Counted from the stretch's first letter, positions 1 to 10,309 are shown. The stretch: DNA of 64,000 bases from Thermodesulfovibrionia bacterium (GCA_947259645.1 CAMYND010000012.1:20793-84792), one strand, 5' to 3'. Numbers and translations are program-made. The notes: generated from the sequence alone by a model not told the origin.

Positions 1-378
1 AAGTACGATCTGGGTAATGATATGCTTAAATTTGTTCGAAGCAACTCCGGATTTTGATTCCTCTTCCTCTTTCAGTTCAACGGTATGATGAATCTCGGTA
101 ACGGCTTTCCACAAAAGGAACAGCCCTCCTGCCAGAAGAATCAAATCCCTGACTGAAAAGTTGAGAATTACAGGTTCTGTCAGGCTGGCGAGGGTAATGA
201 TCACAAATAACATTGCTATCCGCGCCAGCATCGCAATGCTTAATCCTATGATTCTCGCTCTGTTTCTCTGCGATTCTTCAAGACGCTCTACAAAGATTGC
301 AATGACCAGAACATTGTCTACCCCCAATACCAGTTCAAGTCCTATAAGCAGTGAAAGTAGTGCAATTGAATCAACGAT
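1..378 (-). CDS. TerC family membrane protein (5' part, runs off window; probable ATC start)
   Basis: Not in the ORF track. Hand translation: [33 protein letters not shown]...[21 protein letters not shown]...IITQIVL, which carries the TerC LELVLGxDN and GGLFLLxK motifs. SD AAGGAGG lies 5 nt before the ATC at 378. Confidence 0.85.
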   Translation of the reverse strand, partial: MVDSIALLSLLIGLELVLGVDNVLVIAIFVERLEESQRNRARIIGLSIAMLARIAMLFVIITLASLTEPVILNFSVRDLILLAGGLFLLWKAVTEIHHTVELKEEEESKSGVASNKFKHIITQIVL

Positions 379-408
379 GGCAACCTCCTTTAGGCTGAGC
401 CCTTACAA

Positions 409-1029
409 TTATGATGCATCTGAAGATATTTTTTTATTATATGCCTCAATCAGTACAGATGACCCGGCACCGCAGCTGATAATCGACCTCATTGCGCTCT
501 CAATCGGAACGTCGACCGGGTGGACATATTCAGCCTTTAAATGATAAATATTGCCTGATGTGGGGTTGGGGCCTGTAGGAACAAAGACCGAAAACGTGCT
601 GTCTGAATGTGAGTCTGTAATAAAGGCGGTCATCAGGGTCTCGGTACCGAAGAGCTGGACAAGGGCAACAGAGGAAAAGGGTGATTTTCTTTTCCCGATG
701 AACTGCATCACTGTTTCCTTTATCATTCTGTAGCCCGGCGCAATTTTCAGAATATAGGTTTCCAGATTATCATGAATAAATCTGCCTATTTTCGTTTTTA
801 CCGCGAGGCCGACGACAAAGCAGACCGTAAGTATGATTGCCAGAACGAACAGGTCGGCCAGCACCTCTCGCAACTGGGACTTTGCCATGACCAGGGTGGA
901 CAATGGCTGGATAATATCAGTTACAATGCCAAATATCCATTTAAAAATGAAAATAAGTATTGCGGAAGGAAGGATAACGGCCACCCCTCCGAGAAGAGAT
1001 GTCTTAATCAATGACTTTAATTTTATCAT
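409..1029 (-). CDS. DUF502 family membrane protein
   Basis: Two N-terminal TM segments and the VFVPTGPNPTSG motif typical of DUF502. Confidence 0.8.
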   Translation of the reverse strand: MIKLKSLIKTSLLGGVAVILPSAILIFIFKWIFGIVTDIIQPLSTLVMAKSQLREVLADLFVLAIILTVCFVVGLAVKTKIGRFIHDNLETYILKIAPGYRMIKETVMQFIGKRKSPFSSVALVQLFGTETLMTAFITDSHSDSTFSVFVPTGPNPTSGNIYHLKAEYVHPVDVPIESAMRSIISCGAGSSVLIEAYNKKISSDAS

Positions 1030-1130
1030 GGTCGCCCTCTCATTTAGTGTCTGTCAAAGTTCAGGATGTTTCAATTTAAACACCCTTAACAGTTGACAGC
1101 TCAACATTATGTATATACTAATATACCTTT

Positions 1131-4100
1131 TCATTTCAACCGGAGAAGGTCTTTGAAAAATGGACGGATCTTCTCAACCAGCTCATATTCAGCGGGCACA
1201 ACAAGGAGTGTAAGGATCGTAGCGCTCGATAGTCCGGTACAAAAGGCCGTTGCCATTGGAGACCATGAGATTGATTTGCTGGGAATTCCAATAGCCATTG
1301 GAAGCAGGCCGAGGATTGTTGTAACCGTTGTTATGAGGACAGGCCTCATCCTGTGACTGCATGCCTCTATCACTGCTGCACGCATCTCTTTGCCCTCTCT
1401 TCGCCTGACATTTATGAAATCGATCAGTATCAGTGAATCATTGACCGCAACGCCTGCAAGACCGACTACAGCAAGAAAACTTCCGACTGTGAAGGGTGAT
1501 CTGCTGATCAACATGCCGAAAGAGACGCCGATAATGGCAAAGGCAACGGCAGAAATGATGATTATCGGCTGGAAGTAATCCTTGAACTGGGAGGCTAGTA
1601 TTACATAGATGCAAAGTATCGCGATAAAGAAGGCAAAGGTAAGGGACATGTATGACCTGGATGTGGATTCATATTCACCGCCAAAACTGATAGTTACTCC
1701 CGGATGCCTGTAAGCGATAGTTCGAAAAAAATCTTTGACACGCATCTGAACCCGCCCCGGGGAAAGTTTTGATCCGGACGTAATATCAGCGGTAATTGTT
1801 ATTGTCGGCTGTCCATTATATCTGGATTTCATATCAGGCTCATAACTGTAGCGCATGTCTGTGATATCCCTGAGATAAACAGGGGAGGAGCTGTGCTCAA
1901 TGACAGGTACATCCAGTATATCTGAAGGGTCTGAAATGCCGGATTTCCTGAAATTCCCAACATCGTCCTTTCTTGCCAGCCGCACAAGAAGATCTATCTC
2001 TTCGTCAGAAGACCGATAACCTCCAGCATAGCGGCCATTTAACGTGCCTGCCACTATCGTTGTTATGTCTCGCGGAGAGAGATTGTACTCATAGGCTGCC
2101 TCCTGCTTCGGGGCATACTTTACAACTTTCTGTGGAGATGCCCTGTTATCAGTTAAATCCTCGAGCGGTTGAAACTCTTTGTCTTTTCGAAGGAACTGCA
2201 TTATGTCGTCTGCCGCACCTGAAGCCTCATTTACTGTGTTCCCAAGGACCCGTATATTGACAGCCTTTCCAACCGGGGGGCCGGTATTTTCAGGGAAAAT
2301 ACGGATAAAGGGCCTCTGGGAGGGGTCCGGGTAGTTTTCGTCTAAATACTCATGCAGATTCCCCCGTACGAATTCCAGGTGTTTCATAAGATCGTTATCA
2401 GGGTTTTCCGGGAAGTCCTTGTTCTTTTCATCAGGCAGTGTGACTACTATCTGACCATAGTGATGGCCCCTGTGAAGACTGTAATCCTCATCCTCATATC
2501 TTCCTGATGTTCCTGCAACAGCACTGGCCTGATGGGGCCCCTGCGAATAGATAAATCTGGACATGTCCCGGATTGTCTCATTCGTCTTTTCAATCGAAGT
2601 TCCCCGGGGCATGGTTATCGGGATGTGATACCTGAAAAAGCTTGACGGAAAAAACTCTACCTTAATGAGAGGGACGATGCCGGTGATTGAGAGTACCAGG
2701 ATCGCGACCGCAATTAAAAAAACTATGAAGAGTATGAAAAGGGTCTTAACCTTGTGGGCAAGGAGAGTATTCAGTAACGCGTTGTATTTCTTCCATATAA
2801 AGGCGAAGACACCTGAGGTGAGATGACTGGCTCTCTTTTTTACGTTTATACCAGAAAGGCCGCCTTTTTGAGGTCCCCAGTCATGGAGGTGTACCGGCAG
2901 GATAAAAAGCGCTTCCAGTAGTGATGCTGCAAGGGCAAAAGATACCGCTTTTGGAATAACTGAGAAGAATTCACCGGTGCTTCCTGTCATGATCAGCATC
3001 GGAACAAAAGCCACGACTGTGGTAAGTGCTGAACTGAAAACCGGGAGCATTACCTCTGAAACACCATCTACAATAGCATCAACAGAGGCTTTGCCGGCCT
3101 GGAAATGGCGATAGACATTTTCCAGAATAATGACAGCATCGTCAACAATTATTCCAGAGACGAGAACAAAGGAAAATATGCTGATCGTGTTTATCGAGAC
3201 CTCGGTAAAATGCATCATTATCGCTACGCACAGAAAAGCAAAAGGCAGCCCAATGGCGGTCAGCATGGCATTTCTGAATCCAAGGGTTCCCCAGAGAACA
3301 GCAACGACAAAAACAATACCAAGAAGCATATTTCCGGTGAGCGTTTTCAGTGAATCATGTATTTCAAGCGTTGAATCCCACGTAAATTGAATGGAGATGC
3401 CGTCCGCCCTGTGCAGGGATTCAAACTGGCCGGAAAGTTCTTTTACCTTTTCAGCGATTGTTACTGAGTTGCCGTTGTCTTCTTTTTTCACAAGGAGACT
3501 GATGGCGTTTTTCCCGTTGACGGAATAAAGGATATCAGGATCCCTGTGGCTGACTTTGGCAGTTGTGACTATGTCCCGAACCCTGATAAAATTACCGTCT
3601 CCGTCACGACGGACAATAATATTCAGCACTTCTTCCTGGGAAGACAGGGTTGTCCCGGCTTCAAGCATGTAAGCTGTCTTTCCCTGTCGAAATCGGCCAG
3701 CCGGTATTTTTGTGTTTGCTGATATTATGGACCTGGCAACACTGTCAAAGGTCACTCCGTATTTTCTGAGTGAATCCGGATCAAGTGAGACATGAAATTC
3801 TCGCTTATACTCCCCTGAGAGGCCCACTTCCCTGACGTCGCTTATATTTAAGATATCTGCCTTTAACTCATCGGCAAGAAGTTTCAGGCTCCTGTTGGGG
3901 ACATCACCCACAAGGTCTACTGTTATCACGGGCATCCAGACCTGCGTGTCGATATAGAAAAAATTAGGATCATCAACATCTGCGGGCAGTTCATCCTTGG
4001 TGTTGAGCACCCTGAACCGGAGCTCATCATATAATGACTCATAGTCGGAATCGTCGATGAATTTTACATCAATAACCGAAGAATTGCGTAAAGACTTGGA

Positions 4101-4346
4101 AGCTATATATTCAATGTTTTCAAGCCCGTCCAGCGCGTCTTCAATTTTGGTCGTGACGAGCTTTTCAACATCTTCTGCAGATGCCCCGTAATAAACCGTA
4201 CTGATTATGACCCGGCCCATATCAACGGACGGCATATTTTCTACGGGAGTTGTGAAGAGGCTGTAGACACCGCCAACAATAAGAAGGACGAAAATTACAT
4301 TAAAAAAAACTATCTGTCTAAGCGAAAACCTGACGACTGATTTCAT
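1131..4346 (-). CDS. RND efflux transporter permease (AcrB/AcrD/AcrF family)
   Basis: 1071 aa with a 12-TM pattern and the GIIVDDAVIILEN, GVAVNDSLILID and RMRPVLITT motifs. Confidence 0.95.
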   Translation of the reverse strand: MKSVVRFSLRQIVFFNVIFVLLIVGGVYSLFTTPVENMPSVDMGRVIISTVYYGASAEDVEKLVTTKIEDALDGLENIEYIASKSLRNSSVIDVKFIDDSDYESLYDELRFRVLNTKDELPADVDDPNFFYIDTQVWMPVITVDLVGDVPNRSLKLLADELKADILNISDVREVGLSGEYKREFHVSLDPDSLRKYGVTFDSVARSIISANTKIPAGRFRQGKTAYMLEAGTTLSSQEEVLNIIVRRDGDGNFIRVRDIVTTAKVSHRDPDILYSVNGKNAISLLVKKEDNGNSVTIAEKVKELSGQFESLHRADGISIQFTWDSTLEIHDSLKTLTGNMLLGIVFVVAVLWGTLGFRNAMLTAIGLPFAFLCVAIMMHFTEVSINTISIFSFVLVSGIIVDDAVIILENVYRHFQAGKASVDAIVDGVSEVMLPVFSSALTTVVAFVPMLIMTGSTGEFFSVIPKAVSFALAASLLEALFILPVHLHDWGPQKGGLSGINVKKRASHLTSGVFAFIWKKYNALLNTLLAHKVKTLFILFIVFLIAVAILVLSITGIVPLIKVEFFPSSFFRYHIPITMPRGTSIEKTNETIRDMSRFIYSQGPHQASAVAGTSGRYEDEDYSLHRGHHYGQIVVTLPDEKNKDFPENPDNDLMKHLEFVRGNLHEYLDENYPDPSQRPFIRIFPENTGPPVGKAVNIRVLGNTVNEASGAADDIMQFLRKDKEFQPLEDLTDNRASPQKVVKYAPKQEAAYEYNLSPRDITTIVAGTLNGRYAGGYRSSDEEIDLLVRLARKDDVGNFRKSGISDPSDILDVPVIEHSSSPVYLRDITDMRYSYEPDMKSRYNGQPTITITADITSGSKLSPGRVQMRVKDFFRTIAYRHPGVTISFGGEYESTSRSYMSLTFAFFIAILCIYVILASQFKDYFQPIIIISAVAFAIIGVSFGMLISRSPFTVGSFLAVVGLAGVAVNDSLILIDFINVRRREGKEMRAAVIEACSHRMRPVLITTVTTILGLLPMAIGIPSKSISWSPMATAFCTGLSSATILTLLVVPAEYELVEKIRPFFKDLLRLK

Positions 4347-4385
4347 TCATCTCCCTTTCAGAGAAGTTCCCGCGCTGCAAGAAAA

Positions 4386-5414
4386 TCAAAAATTATTTCC
4401 CTGCGGAAGAAGTTCTGTGCCGGGCTTGAGCCGGTCATCTTCTCCTGCAATGAGGTGATCTCCCTCATCTCCCAGAACAAGCAAATTAACGACCTCTTCA
4501 GTCTGCCGAATAATGACGGCAGGATTTTCATAACGCAGTGACACCGCTTTTTTCGGCACATAAATGCCGGCGGAACTGACGTTCAGGGGAAGCAAAAACT
4601 TCAGGCCGCCTCTATTCTCATCAGGATATTCTGTTATAAGGATTTCAATTGTGATTTTTCGGGTGAGTTCATCAAATTGAGGGTTGACCCAGTTGAGAGA
4701 AGCCCTGACCTGAATGCCCTGGAGAGTAGCATGAAAGGGGCTCGGCAGCGCGGAAATTGTGGACAGCTCCTCATGAGAAACAGATAACGGTACGACCAGT
4801 TTTCTGTAGTCAGAAACCTCTGCCAATGGTGTTCCGGGCTGAACCACTTCGCCTTCTTCAATGTCCCGCTTTGTAACAATCCATCCCCGGGGCGCAGATA
4901 TTTTATGACGCCTTCTGCGCTCTCTCAGATCATCCAGGGTCGTGCTTAACAGGGCTTGTTCACTCAGTGCCGATTGAAGCTCAAGATCTGCCTGGTCAAA
5001 GCGCTGCCTGGCTCTGTCCAGATCAGCTTCTGTGGCAAGCTTGTCCTCAAAAAGAGTAGAGATTCTTTTATGCTCTTTTTCAAGATATGATGCCTGAGAC
5101 CGGGCTTTTTTGATCGCAATCTCGTTTTTTTTAATAGACCTGGAAGTGCGTTCTAATTCGTAGTCAATAAAAGCGGTGTCTATCTCTATAAATGGTTTGG
5201 TACCAATGGTCTGACCAATATCATAATGGACGCTCATTACTTTTCCGGCAACCTCCGATGATACTCTTTGCGAATTGATATGACGGGTATAGCCGGTCAG
5301 TACTATTTCCTTGCGGGCTTCTGTAACAATCAGTTTATCTTCACCGTAGACTGACGTGAAAATCAACAGGAGGGAGATGGGGATAAGAGAAATGTAGTGC
5401 CTTAATACGTTCAT
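4386..5414 (-). CDS. RND periplasmic adaptor (membrane fusion protein)
   Basis: Signal peptide, biotinyl-lipoyl-like halves (VSSEVAGKV / ISAPRGWIV) flanking a coiled coil; directly upstream of the RND permease. Confidence 0.9.
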   Translation of the reverse strand: MNVLRHYISLIPISLLLIFTSVYGEDKLIVTEARKEIVLTGYTRHINSQRVSSEVAGKVMSVHYDIGQTIGTKPFIEIDTAFIDYELERTSRSIKKNEIAIKKARSQASYLEKEHKRISTLFEDKLATEADLDRARQRFDQADLELQSALSEQALLSTTLDDLRERRRRHKISAPRGWIVTKRDIEEGEVVQPGTPLAEVSDYRKLVVPLSVSHEELSTISALPSPFHATLQGIQVRASLNWVNPQFDELTRKITIEILITEYPDENRGGLKFLLPLNVSSAGIYVPKKAVSLRYENPAVIIRQTEEVVNLLVLGDEGDHLIAGEDDRLKPGTELLPQGNNF

Positions 5415-5777
5415 TTGAGCGGCTGCAAAGAGGTTAAGATAAATTGTTAAATTGTCACTTGTTGAAAATGCGCTTGCAGCTGGTTCCTGTTGTCCCTGAA
5501 TTAATCATAACATTACCCTAATTACAGTAAAAAAAACAACGGGTTCAGACATGAAAGCGGGGATCTGTCGATTGACCTGAAAAACTGTGATATACTTTCA
5601 TTAAGATATGTAAGAATGTTAATCGGAATATTTGATATTCAGGCAATATGACTTTCTACGAATCTCTATCGGAAGATTCTTCTGCAGAAACAATCAGCAG
5701 TATCACTACAATATCAAGGTCAATGTTAACGTCATTGAAGAGCTGCGTTTCTTGTCTGCCAAATAAAAGGAGGGAAG

Positions 5778-6284
5778 ATGAAAATAAGAAAACCTCAGAT
5801 GAGTAATACGAGAAAAAGCATGGATTCAACAGCTGATCCCTACCTGACAGCTGAAAAAATAAACGGTGACGCAGTTTGTAAAAAATGCCAGGCTGTTTAT
5901 CATAATAAAAGATGGTCAGCTGATCAGGATTTATATAAAAATATAAAGGAGCAGAAAAATATACATCTGGTTCTTTGTTCTGCATGCAGGAAAGTAAAAG
6001 ACAATTTCCCGGGAGGAATATTAAAAATTAAAGGCGATTTCTACTCTGAGCATGAGGAAGATATTATGAACCTTATCAGGAATGAAGAAAAGCGGGCACA
6101 GGGTTTTAACCCCCTTGAGAGGATAATGGAGATAAGCACTACCCCGGCCGGGGTGGAAATCACCACAACAAATGAAAAACTCACGCAGAAAATAGGAAAG
6201 AGTATACAGAGAGCCTACCAGGGAAGGCTTCAATATAAATGGTCTGATGGCACCAAATTGTTACGGGCAGAGTGGCAGAGATAA
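5778..6284 (+). CDS. BCAM0308-like (NMD3-related) Zn-finger protein
   Basis: CKKC...CSAC pairs, NPLERIM and the HLA/KLT-x-K-IG region, C-terminal W-x-R; SD AGGAGG. Confidence 0.7.
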   Translation: MKIRKPQMSNTRKSMDSTADPYLTAEKINGDAVCKKCQAVYHNKRWSADQDLYKNIKEQKNIHLVLCSACRKVKDNFPGGILKIKGDFYSEHEEDIMNLIRNEEKRAQGFNPLERIMEISTTPAGVEITTTNEKLTQKIGKSIQRAYQGRLQYKWSDGTKLLRAEWQR

Positions 6285-6359
6285 ACAGTTTGGGTAAAAG
6301 AAAAAATCGAAATAATGGTATGGATAGTATGAGTTTCATACAGAATCAGCAATAACCTG

Positions 6360-7313
6360 ATGAGGGCTCTTGTATTCAATGAAAAACTTGAGTTCAGGAC
6401 GGATCACCCTGTGCCTGATATTGCTGAACATGATGCACTGGTTAAAGTGACTTATGCCGGGATATGCAATACTGATCTTGAAATTACAAAGGGTTATATG
6501 AATTTTCAGGGTATTCCCGGGCATGAGTTTGTTGGCGTTGTCGAGAAATCGGGTAAGAAAGAAATTGAAGGGAAACGGGTTGCCGGCGAGATCAATGTTG
6601 CCTGCGGTACCTGTGATTTCTGCAAAAGAAATTTGCAGAGACATTGCCGCAACCGCTCTGTACTGGGAATTTTGGGGAAAAATGGTGTCTTTGCTGATTA
6701 TACAACCCTGCCCATATCAAACCTTCATCTGCTGCCCGATTCTATCTCAGACCAGGAAGCGGTGTTTATTGAACCGCTGGCTGCTGCATATGAAATACTG
6801 GAGCAGATCAATATCGTACCGGACCATAAAGTGTGTGTTCTGGGAGACGGGAAACTCGGTCTTCTCATTGCCCAGGTAATCTCTTTAACGGATTGCAATC
6901 TGATTGCCGTTGGAAACCACAGCGAAAAACTATCGATCCTTGACGAGATAGGGATCAAAACTCGACTGGCTTCTTCTTTCAATGATGAGGGCTTTGACAT
7001 TGTTATCGATTGTACCGGATCCACAACAGGGCTTAAAACCGCCTTACGCATTGTCAGACCCAGAGGTGTTGTTGTTCTCAAAACAACAGTCGCACGAAAG
7101 AATATTGTTGACCTGACATCAATTGTAGTGAATGAGATTACACTGATAGGCTCCCGATGCGGTCCCTTTCTCCCTGCAATAAAGGCTATAGAATCACGGA
7201 ACATTGATCTCTATCCCCTGATCAGCAGGGAATTCAGCATTGAAGAAGGGGTACAGGCTTTTCAGTATGCGGCCCGGAAAGATGTCATGAAAGTGATGTT
7301 CAGGATGTCATAG
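6360..7313 (+). CDS. Zn-dependent medium-chain dehydrogenase (alcohol/threonine dehydrogenase-like)
   Basis: GICNTD, GHEFVG, structural Zn site CGTCDFC...C, GDGKLG Rossmann motif. Confidence 0.9.
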   Translation: MRALVFNEKLEFRTDHPVPDIAEHDALVKVTYAGICNTDLEITKGYMNFQGIPGHEFVGVVEKSGKKEIEGKRVAGEINVACGTCDFCKRNLQRHCRNRSVLGILGKNGVFADYTTLPISNLHLLPDSISDQEAVFIEPLAAAYEILEQINIVPDHKVCVLGDGKLGLLIAQVISLTDCNLIAVGNHSEKLSILDEIGIKTRLASSFNDEGFDIVIDCTGSTTGLKTALRIVRPRGVVVLKTTVARKNIVDLTSIVVNEITLIGSRCGPFLPAIKAIESRNIDLYPLISREFSIEEGVQAFQYAARKDVMKVMFRMS

Positions 7314-7317
7314 GGCC

Positions 7318-8328
7318 CTATTTCCAGACACCTTCAATTGCTCCCTTGCAGCTTGGGCAGGCATTGTTTGTAATGGTGTTCTGCAGCACCTTGAAGCCAT
7401 ATCGTTCAACTGCGAGAGTATTACATGAAGGACAATAGGTGTTTTCTGATCCTCTGCCGGGCAGATTGCCTTCATAAATGTATTTCAGGCCCTTCTTTTT
7501 CCCGATATCACCTGCATGCCTGATGCTTTCAATTGTTGTTGGCGGCTTGTCTTTGAGCAGATATGTCGGGTAAAAACGGCTTACATGCCAGGGAATTGCG
7601 GTGTCAACAGAGCTGATAAAATTCACTATCTCGTCCAGGTCTTTATCTGAGTCATTATGGTCAGGAATGATGAGCGTCGTGACTTCAACCCAGACCCCCA
7701 GCTCTTTCATCAATTTAATTGTGTTCTGAACAGGTCTGAGACGTGCACCGCAAATGTTTTTGTAAAACATGTCGCTTCCCTTCAAGTCAATATTATTGGC
7801 GTCAAGGTAAGGGGCAATAATTCTGGCAGCTTCAGCGCTGGTATACCCGTTGCTGACAAAGATATTTTTTATCCCATTTTCATGGGCCAGTTTTGCACAG
7901 TCGAACGCAAATTCGAAAAAAATCGTCGGTTCTGTATAGGTGTAGGATATGCTTTTACAGTTATTCTCCAGGGCCGCCTCGACCACCTCTTCGGGCGTGG
8001 TCGCGCTGCCGGGGATCGAGAACGCGCCTTTTTCCGGGAATTGTGATATTTCATAATTCTGACAATGCTGGCATTTGAAATTACAGCCAGCAGTGGCAAT
8101 GGACAGGGATGAGGATTCGGGGAGGAAGTGGAAGAGTGGTTTCTTTTCAATGGGGTCAATGTTGAGAGATATCAGTTTTCCGTATACCAGGCTGTACAAG
8201 GTACCATCCCTGTTTTCACGAACTGCACATATTCCGCGGTCTCTGTTATGAATGAGGCAGTTATGAGCACACAAATGGCATCGTACATCAGTACCCTCCA
8301 GTTTTTCATAGATCATTGCTTCTTTCAT
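7318..8328 (-). CDS. amrS: AmmeMemoRadiSam system radical SAM enzyme
   Basis: N-terminal CHLCAHNC, DPIEKKPLFHF, radical SAM CNFKCQHC, SYTYTEP, C-terminal CPSC pairs. Confidence 0.9.
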   Translation of the reverse strand: MKEAMIYEKLEGTDVRCHLCAHNCLIHNRDRGICAVRENRDGTLYSLVYGKLISLNIDPIEKKPLFHFLPESSSLSIATAGCNFKCQHCQNYEISQFPEKGAFSIPGSATTPEEVVEAALENNCKSISYTYTEPTIFFEFAFDCAKLAHENGIKNIFVSNGYTSAEAARIIAPYLDANNIDLKGSDMFYKNICGARLRPVQNTIKLMKELGVWVEVTTLIIPDHNDSDKDLDEIVNFISSVDTAIPWHVSRFYPTYLLKDKPPTTIESIRHAGDIGKKKGLKYIYEGNLPGRGSENTYCPSCNTLAVERYGFKVLQNTITNNACPSCKGAIEGVWK

Positions 8329-8436
8329 AATTCAATTATATCAGGATGAACAATAATGTAAATAAACTTCGCTCCGCTGTGATATTATCTCAGATATAAA
8401 GAGAGCCTATGGGAATGAGTAGCTGTTATTTTGTAA

Positions 8437-8496
8437 TTGACAAACTTCCTCACTCTGGTAGAATTCTTAGAAGAGATCATTATGATTTATATCATA
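8437..8496 (+). promoter_or_regulatory. sigma70-type promoter plus downstream palindromic operator
   Basis: TTGACA(8437)-N16-TAGAAT with a TG extension, then the palindrome TATGAT-TTAT-ATCATA (8481-8496), upstream of the ferritin-like cluster. Confidence 0.55.
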
Positions 8497-8639
8497 GATG
8501 ATATGTGTAACTCATTGTAATATTAGAATGTAAAGAGTTTTTTGAATATAGGTTTTGGTAGAAAGATACATAAGGATTTCAGATCTGATATTTTTTCCTG
8601 TTCCTGATATGATCAGGAGTTGAAAAGGAGATTAAATGT

Positions 8640-9140
8640 ATGATTACCGGAAATGAAGATATGCGCGGGGCTTTGATTGAAGCTTTTCTGATGGAAAAGG
8701 GCACGAAGATATTTTATGCTGAGGCAGCTGAAAAGGCTGTGAAGCCCGAGATCAAGAAGACATTTGAAAAGCTGGCAAAGTGGGAAGAAAAGCATATGGA
8801 TTTTATTCGTTATCTCTATCAGTCCATGGAGGGTGGATTAGAGTTTAAGAGCTTTGATGACTTTGCAACAAAAGCAGCTTCTCCGGAAACAGAAGCGGGA
8901 ATCCCTATTGAAGAGCTGAACGCAAAGCTTGAAAAATATCTCTACACAGATGAAAAAGGGGCACTGAACCTGGCGTTGAAAATCGAAGGGAAGGCATATA
9001 ACCATTACCGCAACCTTGCCGAGAAAGCAGCTGACTCCGGCGCCCAGGTCATTTTTAAGGAGATGGTTGAGCAGGAAACCATGCATATTCAGGAGTTACA
9101 GAAGTTGAAGGCAGAACATTTTGACGCCAACGAACATTAA
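8640..9140 (+). CDS. Ferritin-like/rubrerythrin-type di-iron protein
   Basis: Two E...ExxH half-sites (MEKG...WEEKH; IEGK...QETMH); no rubredoxin domain. Confidence 0.85.
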   Translation: MITGNEDMRGALIEAFLMEKGTKIFYAEAAEKAVKPEIKKTFEKLAKWEEKHMDFIRYLYQSMEGGLEFKSFDDFATKAASPETEAGIPIEELNAKLEKYLYTDEKGALNLALKIEGKAYNHYRNLAEKAADSGAQVIFKEMVEQETMHIQELQKLKAEHFDANEH

Positions 9141-9159
9141 AAAACGGAGGTAAGATTTT

Positions 9160-9645
9160 ATGAACGCAATGGAAGTCGCAAAGAAAATGGAAACAGATGC
9201 AATACGTTTTTACGCGGAGGCTGCTGAGAAAACGCAGCATCCTGCAGGGAAAAAGATGTTTCAGACGATCGTAAAAGATGAAAAGAGACATTTGGAACTT
9301 GTCACGAATATGCTCAAAGGAATGGATGTGCATGTCGGGGATGTCCATCCCATCAAGAATGTGCAGACAGTCTTTGAAGAAATGAAAGATGAAATGATGG
9401 AGAGGGTAAAGGCCACATCTGATGATCTTGAAGCCTTTAAAATCGGAATGGAGATGGAGAAGGAAGGGTTGGAATTTTATAAAAAGCTCCTTTCAGAAGC
9501 AAAAACTGAAAAAGAGAAAGAAATCTATACAAAACTGATGCATGAAGAAGAAGAGCATTACAAGATATTTGCCAATTCATATGAGTTTCTTAACGATACA
9601 GGAAACTGGTACATGTGGGATGAACACACCATTGTTGAGGGATGA
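9160..9645 (+). CDS. Ferritin-like/rubrerythrin-type di-iron protein
   Basis: MET...DEKRH and MEK...EEEEH di-iron ligands; C-terminal WYMWDEHTIVEG tail. Confidence 0.88.
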   Translation: MNAMEVAKKMETDAIRFYAEAAEKTQHPAGKKMFQTIVKDEKRHLELVTNMLKGMDVHVGDVHPIKNVQTVFEEMKDEMMERVKATSDDLEAFKIGMEMEKEGLEFYKKLLSEAKTEKEKEIYTKLMHEEEEHYKIFANSYEFLNDTGNWYMWDEHTIVEG

Positions 9646-9719
9646 TGCCCTGCATCAGCAGGCATTTCTGTAATCAGTTTCTCTTCGATGATTTGTATCT
9701 AAGTAATGGAGGATAGATC

Positions 9720-9968
9720 ATGGCATATTCCAATGTCGCTTTAAAAGATAAAATAATGGAGATGTATCCGGAAATAAGCCAACATGCCATATCTGTGGGT
9801 CTGAACTACAGCGATGACAAAGACGCCTATGTCGTGAAATTCAGGAAGAACCATCATGAACTGGAAACGTTTATCGACAAGAAAGATGCCGATGAATGTC
9901 TGAATGGAGTGAAGTGTATACATCTTGGGGTGAAAATCGGGGAATTTGTCAAAAACTTTGAGTCTTAG
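9720..9968 (+). CDS. Small hypothetical protein with C-x5-C motif
   Basis: SD GGAGG, 82 aa, ECLNGVKC, in an operon. Confidence 0.7.
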   Translation: MAYSNVALKDKIMEMYPEISQHAISVGLNYSDDKDAYVVKFRKNHHELETFIDKKDADECLNGVKCIHLGVKIGEFVKNFES

Positions 9969-9979
9969 GGGGGTGCCGA

Positions 9980-10309
9980 ATGGGGATTATAGAATATGGA
10001 GACGTAAAAATTGAACTTGACGATGAAGGATATCTGAAGAATTTTGATGACTGGAACGAAAAAATGGCCTGCGGTCTTGCGGAACATGCTGGTGTTGATG
10101 AGCTGTCCAAGGAGAGAATGGAAGTGATAAAGTTCATGAGGGACTACTACAGGCAGTATAGTGCTTTCCCGATTCTAAACTCAGTCTGTCGGAATATTCA
10201 TCAGCCGAAAGATTGTGTCAATGAAGATTTTGTTGACCCGGTGGTTGCCTGGAAAATTGCGGGACTGCCAAAACCCTCAGAGGAAGTCATATCATATCTA
10301 AAGCGATGA
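9980..10309 (+). CDS. DsrC/TusE-fold protein lacking C-terminal cysteines
   Basis: LDDEGYL, WNE..A..LA, VIKFMRDYY and KIAGLPKP signatures; ends SEEVISYLKR without the conserved C-terminal Cys. Confidence 0.85.
   Translation: MGIIEYGDVKIELDDEGYLKNFDDWNEKMACGLAEHAGVDELSKERMEVIKFMRDYYRQYSAFPILNSVCRNIHQPKDCVNEDFVDPVVAWKIAGLPKPSEEVISYLKR

Noticed and set aside
9643-9700. Selenocysteine readthrough of TGA-TGC after the ferritin-like gene
   Set aside because: The protein already ends in a typical tail, the extension looks non-conserved and the hairpin is not a convincing SECIS
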